From NCBI RefSeq assembly GCF_009914755.1, contig NC_060943.1: a DNA stretch of 64,000 nucleotides. One strand, 5' to 3'. Origin of the DNA: the human T2T-CHM13v2.0 reference genome, Homo sapiens. Of this stretch, positions 21,377 to 48,739 are shown piece by piece. Made by a program: the position numbers and the translations under genes. The stretch's first letter is position 1, and the number at the start of each line of letters is the position of its first letter. The notes beneath the pieces were generated by a model. That model saw only the letters and a list, made by a program, of their open reading frames with translations, had not been told where the DNA came from and made no database searches.

Positions 21377-23162
21377 GCCACTTGAACCCACCCGGCTGCT
21401 GCCTCGGAAGCTCGTCGCTCTCTGAACCCAGGCCCCAGGCCTGGGCTGGGCTGAGGCTGGGGGATTACCCCCAAAGCGCATGTCAGCAGCTTCTGCCCCA
21501 TTGTCCAGCCAGGCACAGACACCAAGCCCTGGCCTCTGTCGGCACCCTCGCCCCTCACACCAGCCTGGGTGGCCCCTCTGCAGACCTGTCCCCCATCTCA
21601 CACCAGAGGGTTGGGGCCTACTTCAGAGGGCGTGGGGGACCAGGCCAGGATGGCAGGATCCCGGAATGCTGGGGGCCTCCCTCCCTTCTCTCTGAAATGC
21701 CCCCTGCCCACTCTCAGCCACCGGGGAAGGCAGGAATGTGCTGAGCTCTGGGAAATGCCTTCCAGGCCTGGCAGCAACCAAGCATTGGGGTGTGGCCAGA
21801 AGCCAGCCAGAGCCCTCCTCCCGGGAGGGGTAGAAGGGATGGTATGGTCGGGGCTCCCGATGGGCCTGAGGAGACCCTCACTTCATTGCAGTCTCTCTCC
21901 TTCATTGATTCACGCAAACATTCTTTTGTTCCTATATTCATTCAACAAACACTCACAAGCCCTGTTTAGTGGTAGGTCTTTTGCTGGGCACAGGGGACAT
22001 CAACAGATCTAACTCCACCCCAGGGAGGAGGCGGCAAACTCAGGAAAGGATCCTGCAGGAGGTGATATCGGCAGTCAAACTGAATTAGCCAGGCGTGGTG
22101 GCGGGCACCTGTGATCCCAGCTACTCGGGAGGCTGAGCAGGAGAATTGCTTAAACCCAGGAGGCAGAGGTTACAGTGAGGCAAGATTGCGCCATTGCACT
22201 CCAGCCTGGGTGACAGAGCGAGACTCTGTCTCAAAAAGAAAATAATAATAAATAATAAAAGGAAGTCAAAATGGAAGATTGAGGAGGAGGGAGCTAAGGA
22301 AAAAAGGAGGGAAGGGGGTTCCAGGCAGAGGGACAAATGTGGGCAAAGGACCAGAGGTGAGAAATGGAGCGGGTCTTCATTCACCATCAGCAAACATTCA
22401 GTGAGCACCTGGTCTTCTGTCCAGTCCCAGGCTGGATGGTGCTGGGGACACAGTGTGACTGGGACAGCTCAGGCCTGCATCCACACCATTCACAGTCCAG
22501 CAGGGAACAAACCCAGAAAGAGGAGGGTTGTGATGGGGCAATCATAGGCAGAGAGGTCAAAGCCTTGATGGGGAAGTCCAGAAAAGGTGGCTGCCCCAGC
22601 CTAGGAAGAGAAATCAAGGAGGGCTTCCTGGAGGAAGTGGCATTTGAGCTTGCACCTGGAGGATATATAGAAGTTAACCCAAAGCCATGGGTGGTGAAGG
22701 AATGACAGTGTGTTTCAGGTAGCGGGAACACCCTGTGCAAAGGCCCTTTGAGAAAACGGTTAAGGTGAGAGTGTGAGGGAAAGGTAAGAGGAGGTCCAGG
22801 GGTCAGCAGGGCCATGAGGAGGGCCTCAGACTTTGTCCTGTGGGCCCTGAAGAGCTATCAGAGGGACAAAGTATGAATAGCACTGAGCTTTTAGGTACCT
22901 GAAGGCAGAAAGAGGCTGAGCTATCAGCCAGGCTAGCATAGGGAAGAAAATCCCCCTCTCTCTGCTCAGGGTCAAACAGAAAAGGGAGGCTGGTACACAA
23001 CATCCCCTCTCTTCCCTTGTCGCAGAGAGCAGAGATCTTTGCTTGTTCTCAGTCTTAGGGGAAAGCATTTAACCTTTTGCCATAAAGTAGGAAGTTAGCG
23101 GTCCATGTTTTGTAGATACGCTTTATCAGGTTAAGGAAGCTTCTTTCCCTAGTTTGCTGTGA

Positions 23163-23606
<444 letters not shown>

Positions 23607-24820
23607 TGAACTCCTGACCTCAGGTAATCCACCCGCCTTGGCCTCTCAAACTGTTGCGGTTACAGGCATGAGTCACCACACCTGGACTGTTGTGAATTCT
23701 TATCACGAATGGTGTGTCTCTCTGTGTGTCTCTATCTTTGTGTCTCTCTGTTCTTCTGTTTCTCTCTGTCCTTATTCTTTGTCTCTCTTTCCTAGTTTCT
23801 TTCTGTCTCATTCTGTCTGTGCGTTTCTCTCTCCCTCTCTCTCTGTCATGCTTTCCCTCACCCAAGGGGGTGTGGCCACGGGAAGCTAAGTTGGGGGTGG
23901 CCCCAGTGTCCTGGTTCCGGCTGTGGCCACCGCAGTAAACACAGGACATCCTGTGAGGCTAGGGAAGGAGGTGGACGCTTCTTCTCAGGGACCACCCTCT
24001 CCAGACTCAGTCTGAGCCAAGCAGGAGCCTTGGCCTGCCCTGCGTGGCCTAGCCACTCCGCCCCACCCAGTCCAGCCAAGGGACACTGGTGTCTCCCTCG
24101 ATCCCACCGTTCACGCCCACCCCCACACCCCAGTCCTCTCTCCTGAGCTCCCGGCCCAGGGCCCGGGCAGCTCCATGCCTTCCCCTGGGTGTCTCCCCAG
24201 CCTCTTGCACCCCCTGGGTCCCTCCTTGGCCTCAGCCCCAACCCCAGACTTGCTTCTCTCCCCAGTTGCCATCTCAGGGATGGCCCCAGTGTCTCCCAGT
24301 CCCCTGATTAGAGCCCTGAGCCTGGTCTGAGACCCCTCCTCCAGGCCTTGTCAGTCCCACAGCCTGTCTGCTGGGCCTCCTGAGTGCCTCTTCCCTCCCA
24401 ACAGCTGCTCCGTCCCTCCCCAGATTCTCCACCCCTGGGATCCTGGGCTCCTGGCCTCCAGTGTCACCTCCCCGACGATGCCACCCACCTAGTGAAGGGA
24501 TCCTTTTACTTCATGACTCCCCAGCATCTTCAGAGTTAAGTCCCCCATCCAGGGTCCTATATGCCCTGGCCCCTGCGGACCCTTCCAGTCTTGTCATTTA
24601 CCTTACTGCTTTCCTCCTCCTTCCAGCCAAACCCAGCAGCTTAGAGATCCCTGAAAATGTTGTAGGGTCTCTCTCTCAGTGACCCTTGCTGTTTCCTTGC
24701 CCACCAGAACAATAGTTCTTTGGGGCAGATACTGTTACTGTTCCAGTTTACAGGTGAGGACCCCGAGGCTCAGAGAAGTTAAGTACCTTGCCTAGAGTCA
24801 CACAGCCACAGAGCGGTAAC

Positions 24821-25040
24821 TCTTTTTTCTTTTCTTTTCTTTTCTTTTCTTTTCTTTCTTCCTTTCTTTTCTTTCTTTCTTCCTTTCTTTCTTTTCTTTC
24901 TTCCTTTCTTTCTTTCCCTTCCTTCCTTTTTTCTTCTCTCTCTTTCCTTTCTTTCTTCCTTCCTTCCTCTCTCTCCCTTCCTTCCCTCCCTCCTTCCTTC
25001 CCTCCTGCCTTCCTTCCTTCCGTCCTTCCTTCTTTCTTTC
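24821..25040. repeat. About 220-bp polypyrimidine (TTTC/TTCC) tract expanded from an Alu tail
   Basis: Almost purely C/T; abuts an antisense Alu. Confidence 0.9.
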
Positions 25041-25304
25041 TGACAGGGTCTTGTTCTGTCACCCAGGCTGGAGTGCAGTGGTGCAATCATGGCTCATTGC
25101 AGCCTCAAACTCCTGGCCTCAAGTGATCTTCTCACCTCAACCTCCTGAGTAGCTGGGACTACAGGCGTGAGCCGTCGCATCTGGCCAAAGCTGGGGTTCA
25201 AACCCAGGCAGTCTGGCTTTCAGGAACAGTCTCTTCTCTCCAGCTTACTGCTTCAATAATATCTCTGTTAGATTTCTAAAGTGTGCCGGGACTGCATACC
25301 ATAG

Positions 25305-25457
<153 letters not shown>

Positions 25458-25886
25458 TAGCTGGGATTACAGGCCCGCCACCTTGCCCAGATAATTTTTG
25501 TATTTTTAGTAGAAATGGGGTTTCACCATGTTGGCCAGGATGGTCTCAATCTCTTGACCTTGTGATCCACCTGCCTCGGCCTCCCAAAATGCTGGGATTA
25601 CAGGCGTGAACCACCATGCCCGGCCACTCAATAAGTGTCTAATGAATAGGGACAGAGGTAGAAGGTGAGCCTTGGAAAGTACAGAATTCAGACCCCAGAG
25701 AAGTGGGGTAATAAGGGCCCAGGGGCAGGGGAGAGATGTGGTCAGATTTACCCTTTACATAGGGATAGGCACACAGTAGGTGTGTGCTCATAAATTTTTG
25801 CTGAATGAAGGACAGGAAGAAGGGAGGGAGGAAAAAGAGACAAGATAGCTGGTCACAGCTCTTCCAGGTGTGAGAGAGAGAGAGAG

Positions 25887-25928
<42 letters not shown>

Positions 25929-26228
25929 GGGGGTGGTCTGTGAATGCCATGGAGGAAAGCTGGCCTAGGGGGCGTCATGGCGAGCATACACAGAGGCTCT
26001 GTGAAAGGTGGCAGTTGTGCCAGGGCTGGCGGCTCAGCTAGGAATGGTGTGGGCCCTGGAGTCTGCTGGCCAAGGTGGTGTGGCCTCCTGGGGTTGAGCC
26101 TGAGGGTGGAGCAGCACACCAGAGCCAGGGAGCCTGCACAACCCATCTGGGGGTGACACATGGGGAGAGAGGGGCAGGTCCTCACACATGAGCCATTCAT
26201 AAACCTGAGGGCACCGGGCAGACGGGAC

Positions 26229-26420
26229 CAGGGCTGATGTAGCCCATATGGTGCTTTTGTGTAAAAGACATGCCCCTTCCTGGAGGTACTTGACCTCCAT
26301 CTGCTGGGAAACTTGTAATAAATATGTAAATGCAGGGTACCTGGAACACCAGTGGCAGCCCCTTACATACGGAGCCTATATGCAGTGCACAACCTATGCA
26401 ACTGTACCTAGAGGCTCTGG
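26229..26420. mobile_element. Probable MER91-type hAT DNA transposon remnant
   Basis: cagggc... start and gcagtgcacaacctatgcaactgtac...ctctg end resemble MER91 termini (recall). Confidence 0.45.
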
Positions 26421-26916
26421 GGAGAGGGGCCATCAGTGGCAAAGCAGGCACAGGGGCAGACGGAAGGATCAGCTCACCCCATATTGGGCCTCGGAGACAT
26501 CAGAAACAGGTCCTTAGCTGGGCACAGTGGTTTGTGCCTATAGTCCCAGCCACTCTGAGGGCTGAAGCCAGAGGATCCTTTGAGCCTAGGAGTTCAAGGC
26601 TGTACAGCACTATGATCACTCCTCTGTACAGACAGTGCTCTCCAGCCTGGACAACACAGTGAGACCCAATCTCTTTGAAAAAGCGGGGAAAGGAAAGAAT
26701 AAGAAACAGGCCCACGGGAATCCCAGCACTTTGGGAGGCTGAGGTGGAAGGATTGCTTGAGCCTGGGGGTTCGAGACCAGCCTGGACAACATAGGGCAAC
26801 ACTGTCTCTACAAAAAATTTAAAAAATCGGCCGGGCATGGTGGCTCACGCCTGTAATCCCAGCACTTTGGGAGGCTGAGGCAGGGCGGATCACTTGATAT
26901 CAGGAGTTCAAGACTA

Positions 26917-27243
<327 letters not shown>

Positions 27244-27339
27244 CTATAGTGAGCTATGATCGCGCCACTGCACTCTCCAGCCTGGGCGACAAAGCGAGAC
27301 CCCGTCTCTAAAAAAAAAAAGAAAAGAAAAAGAAAAGAA

Positions 27340-28150
27340 AGAAACAGGCCCGCAGAGTGTTGTAAACAGAGGGCGTTCATGATCCCTCGACCACTGGACA
27401 GATGTCCGGGGAACCCAAGACGGCGGCACCGCAGAGCCCGACTGGGCACCAGGGGGCGGTGCTGAGCTCAGCCCAGGCGCCCAAGTTTTGAGTCTGCGGC
27501 AAAGCAGTCCGAGTCCCATTTGCCCGGGGCTGGAGTCACTCGGGGTTGGAGTCAGGCGCCTGGAAGACCCTCAGCCTGGACGACAGCTCCCCGCAGGCCA
27601 TTTTCACCCGCTTCCGCGGCCCGCCTCATCCACTTCCAGAAATGGGCACAACTTCCTCTGCTCCTCCAGGAAGCGCCACTCTGCCCGCCCCTTCCCGGCC
27701 CCTGGGGCCGACCCAGGCTCCCCATCTGGCCCAGCTCCACTCCTGCCTCTGCCTCCCCGAGGCTTCTGGCCAGAAGCGAGGCTCTGGGACCCCACGATGG
27801 CGGCGTTTCCCTCACTCAAGGCCCCGCTGGCCCCTCGGGTCACCGTCCAGCCCCCTGCGCCTCTCTCCATGCGCACCCGCAGTTTTCACGGTGACACTCC
27901 CTCCCCTCCGTGCACCCCCCCTCAGGCTCCGCCCTGTCCCTGCGGCCGTCAGGAAGGACGCAGCCTGGGTCCCGTGCCAGGCCGCTGAGTGTGCGGCCCC
28001 TCCCAGCCAGGCCTGGAATGCGGCTGGACCGCGGGGGCGGCCGCTGACACCCGGCGCTCCAGCCAGGCCCAGCACACGGGCAGGTGGCCCCAGCTCGTCC
28101 GGGTCTGGGTTTCTTCTAGAAGGAAGGCACAGCTGCCTGCCCTGAGCTCC
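27340..28150. promoter_or_regulatory. Orphan CpG island with strong CTCF motif at 27443-27461
   Basis: High CpG density; TGGGCACCAGGGGGCGGTG closely matches CTCF consensus. Confidence 0.7.
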
Positions 28151-28247
28151 CTCTCTGCAGTCCAGCTACCAAGCCTAGTGGCTTTATTTCAGACACAGCT
28201 CCAAGCGTCCCTATCCTTTGCCCAGAGATTTAAGACCAGGAGTGAAT

Positions 28248-28253
28248 TTTATT
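28248..28253 (-). terminator. SERTAD1: Candidate distal SERTAD1 poly(A) signal AATAAA
   Basis: tttatt in unique sequence; further hexamers near 28183 and 28356. Confidence 0.5.
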
Positions 28254-28600
28254 TTTAAAAATGGGCTGTTGTCCCCCTTTCCTCCCCCATTTTCCTGGAG
28301 AGCCGACTCTCAGGGCTCCTTGGAGAGGATCTGTCCAGGGTCCAGGTTTTGTGTTTTTATTTCGGGACCATTCTGAAAGCAATCTCCCCTTCGCTCCTCA
28401 ATAAATACAGGTAGACTCCAGGCGAGGACTTGCTTTCATTTTTAAAAAGTTGCCTTGACTTCCTGCTAGCAAAGAAAAGAAATAAAATTTAAGAAAAAAA
28501 AAAAAAGGCCAGGCACAGTGGCTCACGCCTGTAATCCCAGCACTTTGGGAGGCTGAGGCAGGCAGATCACGAGGTCAGAAGATGAAGACCATCCTGGCTA

Positions 28601-28923
<323 letters not shown>

Positions 28924-29163
28924 TTAAAACCCACCTCAAGTGATAATCTTGGAACCTTGGTTTTCTCACCTGTAAAATAGGGATGATAATACTACCGATC
29001 TTGTAGGGCTGTTATAGGATTAAATGAGTTAACACAGTGACGTGCTTAGAAACTGTGCCTCGTACACAGCCTACGCCCAATAAAATGTTTGATGTTTTTA
29101 TCTCGCCTTCACATTTGCCCAGAGACAAAGCAGCACACGGATTTGAGATTTCCCAGGACTGGC

Positions 29164-29169
29164 TTTAAT
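29164..29169 (-). terminator. SERTAD1: Proximal SERTAD1 poly(A) signal ATTAAA
   Basis: tttaat on + strand about 310 nt past the stop. Confidence 0.7.
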
Positions 29170-29476
29170 TTGAAAAATCTGATTGGGGTCTCTTCCCGTA
29201 TCAGAGAAGGAACAGCCCAAGCTATGACCCCAGGGCCAGGGAATTCAGTCCCCACCAGACCCTGTCATTCCATCACTAGGGGGTAATTCCAGGCTCCCCC
29301 TGCCAGCCCTGAGACAGGAGGACGGATGTGAAGTTGCCCAGGACTAGATTCTGTCTCTCCAAAGTGGCCCAAGCCCTGTTCTCTGTACTAGGGAAGCCAG
29401 CTGTGTCTTTTCGAGGACAGTTGGTCCAGCCAGCAGGCTCAGTTCAGATACCAGACAACCATTCCAGCACGAGGGC

Positions 29477-30187
29477 TCAGCGCCCTGGCCCCGGCGGTCG
29501 CTCCAGTGCCTGTGTGCCCACCAGCACATCCATGAGGTAGTCCAATTCGGCCTCGTCCAGCTCCGGAGCTTCCTCCTTGCCCGGCCCATCCTCAGGGCCT
29601 GGTTTGAGGCCCTCAGAGGCTGGTGCCCAAAGTTCATTGTCATACATAGAGGTGTCAATATCCTCAAACAGGCCCTCGAGCCCATCGTCCAGTAGACAGC
29701 CAGTGGCTGGGCCCAGCAGGTCCAAGGCACCCAGGCTGGGCGCTGCTCCCCCGATGCTACGGCCTGGTGGCCCCTCGTCTGCCAAGGGTTGGGGAGCCTG
29801 ACTCAGGCCCTCAATGTGGCTGAGGTCCTCCAGGAGGCTGGCCATGGAGGCTGAAAGGGCAGCGTCCGAGCTTGCCAGTAAGTTGTCAGCCACACTGGGG
29901 GCTGCAGGTGGGCTAGGCACAGGTGGCAGGGCAGCCGCGGGTGCCATGGACGCCTGGATGCGCCGCAGAGTGTTCACGACCAGCACCAGGTGCCGCAGGT
30001 CCGGCTCACTCTGCTGCAGGCTGTGGTGGAGCTTGAGCACTGAGAGGTCAAAGAGGGAGCTAGAGGCCACGGCCGGGGGTGCCTGTGCCACCGCTGCGTG
30101 GCCAGGATCTAGCCACCAGGAGTCGACTGCCAGAGGTTCCTTCTCCTCCTCCTCCTCCCGTTTCCGCTTCAGACCCTTGCTCAGCAT
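29477..30187 (-). CDS. SERTAD1: SERTA domain-containing protein 1 (TRIP-Br1/p34SEI-1), 236 aa
   Basis: MLSKGLKRKREEEEEK start, SERTA motif SLFDLSVLKL...DLRHLVLVVNTLRRIQ, acidic ELDYLMDVLV; ATG directly follows the cag acceptor. Confidence 0.98.
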   Translation of the reverse strand: MLSKGLKRKREEEEEKEPLAVDSWWLDPGHAAVAQAPPAVASSSLFDLSVLKLHHSLQQSEPDLRHLVLVVNTLRRIQASMAPAAALPPVPSPPAAPSVADNLLASSDAALSASMASLLEDLSHIEGLSQAPQPLADEGPPGRSIGGAAPSLGALDLLGPATGCLLDDGLEGLFEDIDTSMYDNELWAPASEGLKPGPEDGPGKEEAPELDEAELDYLMDVLVGTQALERPPGPGR

Positions 30188-30356
30188 CTGCAGAGGGCAG
30201 GGAGTTATGGAGTTATAGTCAGTTATAGAAAACAAATGTTAAGTTCAAAGCCTGGATCTGACAGTTGCTGCAGGTAGGATCTTGGGCAAGTCACTTAACC
30301 TCTCTGTGCCTAGCTTTTCTTAGGGAACTTTAAAGATATAGACAATTTTTATTTAA

Positions 30357-30605
<249 letters not shown>

Positions 30606-31209
30606 TGATCCGCCCACCTCTGCCTCACAAAGTGCTGGGATTACATGCGTGAGCCACCGCGCCTGGCCTATAGACTTCTTAAATTTTAAATTTTATATTT
30701 AAGTATATTTATAGACTTTTTTATCTGAAAAAATAAAGATGGGGTCTCACTATATTGCCCAGGCTGGTCTCAAACTCCTGGCCTGAAGCGATCCTCCCCC
30801 CTCAGTCAATAAGTACTTTTTTTTTTCCCTTTTATTTTTTTGTAGAGACAAGGTCTCACTATGTTGCCCAGGGTGGTCTCAAACTCCTTGCCTCAAGCCA
30901 TCCTCCTTCCTCAGCCTCCCAAAGTACTGAGATTACAAGTGTGAGCTGCCTCACCCTGCCAATAAGTACACTTAATGATAACATTATTATTTCTTCAGTG
31001 AACCATGTGGAATGGCCAATATTCAACTTTTTCCCCTACAAAAGCAGCTGTTTCACATATTTTATTATAATAACATAATTATATCTAAATAAGTTATAAT
31101 ATTATAAATACTAAACTAGTTTCACGTAGTTTAATATTTATTGTCTACTATGACTATGTTTCAAACAGTAAATAAATAAGGAAACACAGGAAATGTACAG
31201 AGAATTACA

Positions 31210-31820
31210 GGAAGACACTAAAAGTTCCTAGAGACCTTTTAGATCATCAGAGAAGGCTCCTGTAAGGAGGTGACATTTGAATGGAGCCCTCAGGCCAGAG
31301 AAGTCAGCCATGGGAGACCCTGGGAAAAGCATTCCGGGAGGAGGGAACAACAAAAAAAGGCAGAGAAAAGCCCAGAGGCTGGATGGGCTTGAACTGGAAA
31401 GAGACCAGCATGGGTGGCACACAGAGAGTGACATGGTAGGAGACCAGATTGGGGAGCAGCTAGGGGAACGGGCACAAGCCAGGTCACAGAAAGCCACATA
31501 TGCAGAAGTAGGGAGTTTGGATTTTATCCTGAGTGTGGTGGGCAGTCATTAAAGGAATTTGAGCAGGGAGGGAATGGTGCTGTGAGCTGATTAGGTTTCC
31601 GGAAGATCCCCCCCATGGCTGCTTCGAGGAAGACTGTGGGGGGCAAAAAGAGGGGGGATCTGAGACCCACTGGTAGGCTGTACTCGTTTGGGACGGACGA
31701 TGGTGATGGCCTGGAGTAGGAGCTGGTAGTGGCATGGAAGGAAGTCGGTCGAGTCAGGACTTATTTGGGAGGCAGAATAGACAGGGCTTGTCGGGAAATC
31801 GTGATCGGCACCGGGTTCAG
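31210..31820 (-). mobile_element. L2 LINE fragment in the SERTAD1 intron
   Basis: ggaaaagcattccgggaggagggaaca and gagtttggattttatcctgag are typical L2 antisense strings. Confidence 0.65.
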
Positions 31821-31949
31821 TCACTGAGATAAGTTTGAGGGTCCACTGTTCTTGGAGTGGCGGGGGTAGGGCTGGAGTTTTGGACTCCTGGCGCTACCTA
31901 CTTTTTTGGGCCAGGAAGACTGTAGAGTCCAGTTTCGGAACCCTGCCTA

Positions 31950-33010
31950 GCAAGATTTTAAGAATGGCCCACCACACTACTCAAAACAGGGTCTTCGTCC
32001 CCTTCCCCGCAGTCCGGGGAGTCCGGAACCGCAGGAATTCCGCCCCCACCCCCGACTCCGCCCCCGGGTCCCGGCGCCCCCTAGCGGTGCCCAGGCCGGC
32101 TTTCCCCCGGGGATTCTGGCCCCTCTGACCCCAGGACCCCTTCTACTGCCCCGATTCCCGGCTGTGATTCCTGCCGGCCTCCCGGCGCCGTGCGAGCCGG
32201 GACCCCTGGCGGGCTGTTCTCTGCGCCCGGCCTCCGCTCGCTTCCGGCAGTGGAGGCGGCTCCTCCCGAAGCGGCGGCGGCGGGGGCGGGTGAGTCACGC
32301 AGCCGGAGCCAAGAAGCCGGCGCCTCCGCCCCCTTCTCGGACTGCGGCGTGATTCACCCGGCCCGGCCGGGGCAGACAGCACGTAGAGGTCCGTGCGTCT
32401 CGATCCCGGGCAGCCCCGGCGGGCACCTGTCGGACCCAGGGATCGAACTCCGTGAAGGACCCGGCCGCTGGTAGCCCTTCTGTTCCCAGGCCCCTTCATT
32501 TACATACCTTGCTCACTAGCGGCCAATCAGAACGAAGAGGTAGCCACCCACAACCAATCAGGAAACGGCGGCGGCAGCATCGCTTGTTGGCTGTCCTCCG
32601 GGAACCCGCGCCTGGGTCGCGAGACGCAGTTCTGACTCCGGCTCACGACTCCAGACTCCTAACTACCCTTAGCGACCGCCCACTCTCGTGGCTGCCCCGC
32701 CCTCCGCCCCAGGGATTGGCCCTGCATGGTGATGGGCGGAGCTTGTAGGGGGCGGATTCTGAAGGAGGGGCTTCAGGGCGCATGCCCGGGCAGCTGCGCG
32801 AGTGAGGGGTGGAAAGAGGTGGCTTTTTACTCCGGGGAACGGTGGCGAGTGGGGGCTTTTGCCTCTCAAAATACGAGCCCCTCACAACTACCCATGCACC
32901 TGCCAAACCCGGCAATTAAGCTTCTTACACATCCAGCCCCGACAGGGGTCTACACTACAGATAATGCCCGGGTTCAAATTCCGACTCCGGATTCCCCACT
33001 CACTGGATGC
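31950..33010. promoter_or_regulatory. SERTAD1: SERTAD1 CpG-island promoter with CTCF (32072-32090, -), EGR GCGGGGGCG (32280-32288), AP-1 TGAGTCA (32291-32297), CCAAT boxes and GC boxes
   Basis: CpG density and literal motif matches. Confidence 0.85.
32508..32655 (-). other. SERTAD1: SERTAD1 non-coding exon 1 (5' end approximate)
   Basis: AAG|GTATGT donor at 32508/32507 within CpG island. Confidence 0.8.
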
Positions 33011-33308
33011 GTGACCTTGGAAAAATGATCAACCTCTTCAAGCTACACAAAGTTAAATGGGGATCGTCTTGCCTACCTCTTGACAGGATACTTTAAGTAG
33101 GATCGTATCTATAAGAACACAATACCACACTCAAGCAATGCTGGACAGTTGGACTTAATTGTGGTTAAAGGCGGGAGTGAGGTGGGAGTGCGATACCAAC
33201 GGAATCACATCCCGGGCTCCATTCCCTAAGCAGCTGTGTGACCTGCGGCAAGTGTTTTAATCCCTTCTGGTCTGTTTCTCCTTTAAAATGAGAGAAAATA
33301 GCGCCTAG

Positions 33309-47375
<14,067 letters not shown>

Positions 47376-47521
47376 AGCACTCAATAAATGTCATGTACAA
47401 TGATACACCTACCCCAGCTATGGCACGGAAGTGGTGCTGATGTTTAGGAACTTACCAGGTCCCTCCCACTGACCCAGTGAAGTTTAGAAACATTAGACAA
47501 CATCCCTCCTTCCAAAATACT

Positions 47522-47527
47522 TTTATT
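47522..47527 (-). terminator. SERTAD3: SERTAD3 poly(A) signal AATAAA
   Basis: tttatt, preceded in the transcript by a U17 tract and UGUA. Confidence 0.85.
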
Positions 47528-48148
47528 TAAAAAAATTACAAACAATCCAAAAAAAAAAAAAAAAAGCCACCACAAACTCTGCCTTTCTTTTAAATAACCC
47601 GGCATGGAGCAGTTTGGTTTCCACCCTATTGCACGTGGTCCGGCCTGGTTATGAAATCAGGAGGCTGCTGAGACTGGGGTCCTGCCGAGGAAGTGGGGTT
47701 CAGCCTGGAGGGAGGAGACCAGCCCCTCCCACCCCCTCAAGGTGCAAGAGGCAGAGCCTGGGTTTCTATAGCAACCTGGCAGCACATCCCTGTCATCCTT
47801 CGACAGGCCCAGCTTTCTTTATCTTCCCTGAGGCCCCAGTGGTCACAGGGGAGTGGGAACTAGCAGGAAAGGTGGAAGAAATGTGTAAGTGGAAAATCAG
47901 ACTCCCAGAAACAGAGTCTCGTTAAGGCATTTGGAATAGATAAATTAATTCAGGAAGACCCACCTTCACAGAAGGTCGGGGTAACCAGACACACACACAC
48001 ATGCAAGACAGTTTGTGGAACCCTGAAATGGGAACAAAGGAGGCCATAGTCACTGCTTCGTGCCCCCACAAAAACACACACCCAGAGTTGCATTCAGGGA
48101 TCCAGGCCACCGAAGATGACATGAGGAAGGATCCCCTCTATCACAGTT

Positions 48149-48739
48149 TTAGGACCCCAGAATGATTTCCATGATGTGATCCAGTTCATTCCACTCCCAA
48201 GAACCTGGGGCACAGAAGAGGTTGTGAGGAGGCTCTGGTGGGGCCCGTGCAGGCTCCTTTTCTACCGCAGATGTGTCAATGTCCAGAAAGAAGTCATCCA
48301 GGCCAGAGTCCCCCAAGTACCGGGAGCTCAGAGCTTCTAAGAAGACTGGATCAGGCTGGGGTGGCACTTCATTCTGGAGGCCAAGGGGAGTCACTGGATT
48401 CTGAGGGGGCTCAGTCCCATCCATGGAGGTGTCCAGCTCCCTGAGGATAGAGCCAATGGTGGCTGACAGGGAGAAATCCTCCTCGCCCAGGAAGAGGGGC
48501 TCGGGGGGCAGGGCAGGGGCGGGAGCCAGGCGAAGTGCAGCCTGCAGCTGTTGGAGGGTGTTATGGATGAGGACATGCCTGCGGAGGCTGGGTGCTCGGG
48601 GGCCCAGGCTGCGCTGGACTTTGTCTAGGGAGATGCGGAGCAGGGCTTGCTGGTAGCTCTGAAGGCCTGCTGGACTCCACTCCCACCTCTCCTCCTCCTC
48701 TTCCAAATCAGAGTGTTTCCTCTTCAAGCCTCCCACCAT
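48149..48739 (-). CDS. SERTAD3: SERTA domain-containing protein 3 (RBT1), 196 aa
   Basis: MVGGLKRKHSDLEEEEE start, SERTA motif LLRISLDKVQ...SLRRHVLIHNTLQQLQ, ELDHIMEIILGS; acceptor 6 nt before ATG (exon starts 48745). Confidence 0.98.
   Translation of the reverse strand: MVGGLKRKHSDLEEEEERWEWSPAGLQSYQQALLRISLDKVQRSLGPRAPSLRRHVLIHNTLQQLQAALRLAPAPALPPEPLFLGEEDFSLSATIGSILRELDTSMDGTEPPQNPVTPLGLQNEVPPQPDPVFLEALSSRYLGDSGLDDFFLDIDTSAVEKEPARAPPEPPHNLFCAPGSWEWNELDHIMEIILGS

Noticed and set aside
30188-30235. N-terminal extension of the SERTAD1 ORF (similarly 48746-48766 for SERTAD3)
   Set aside because: Intronic polypyrimidine/acceptor sequence
32768-32797. Possible p53 element at GCGCATGCCC
   Set aside because: Only one imperfect half-site; fits an NRF1-like motif equally well
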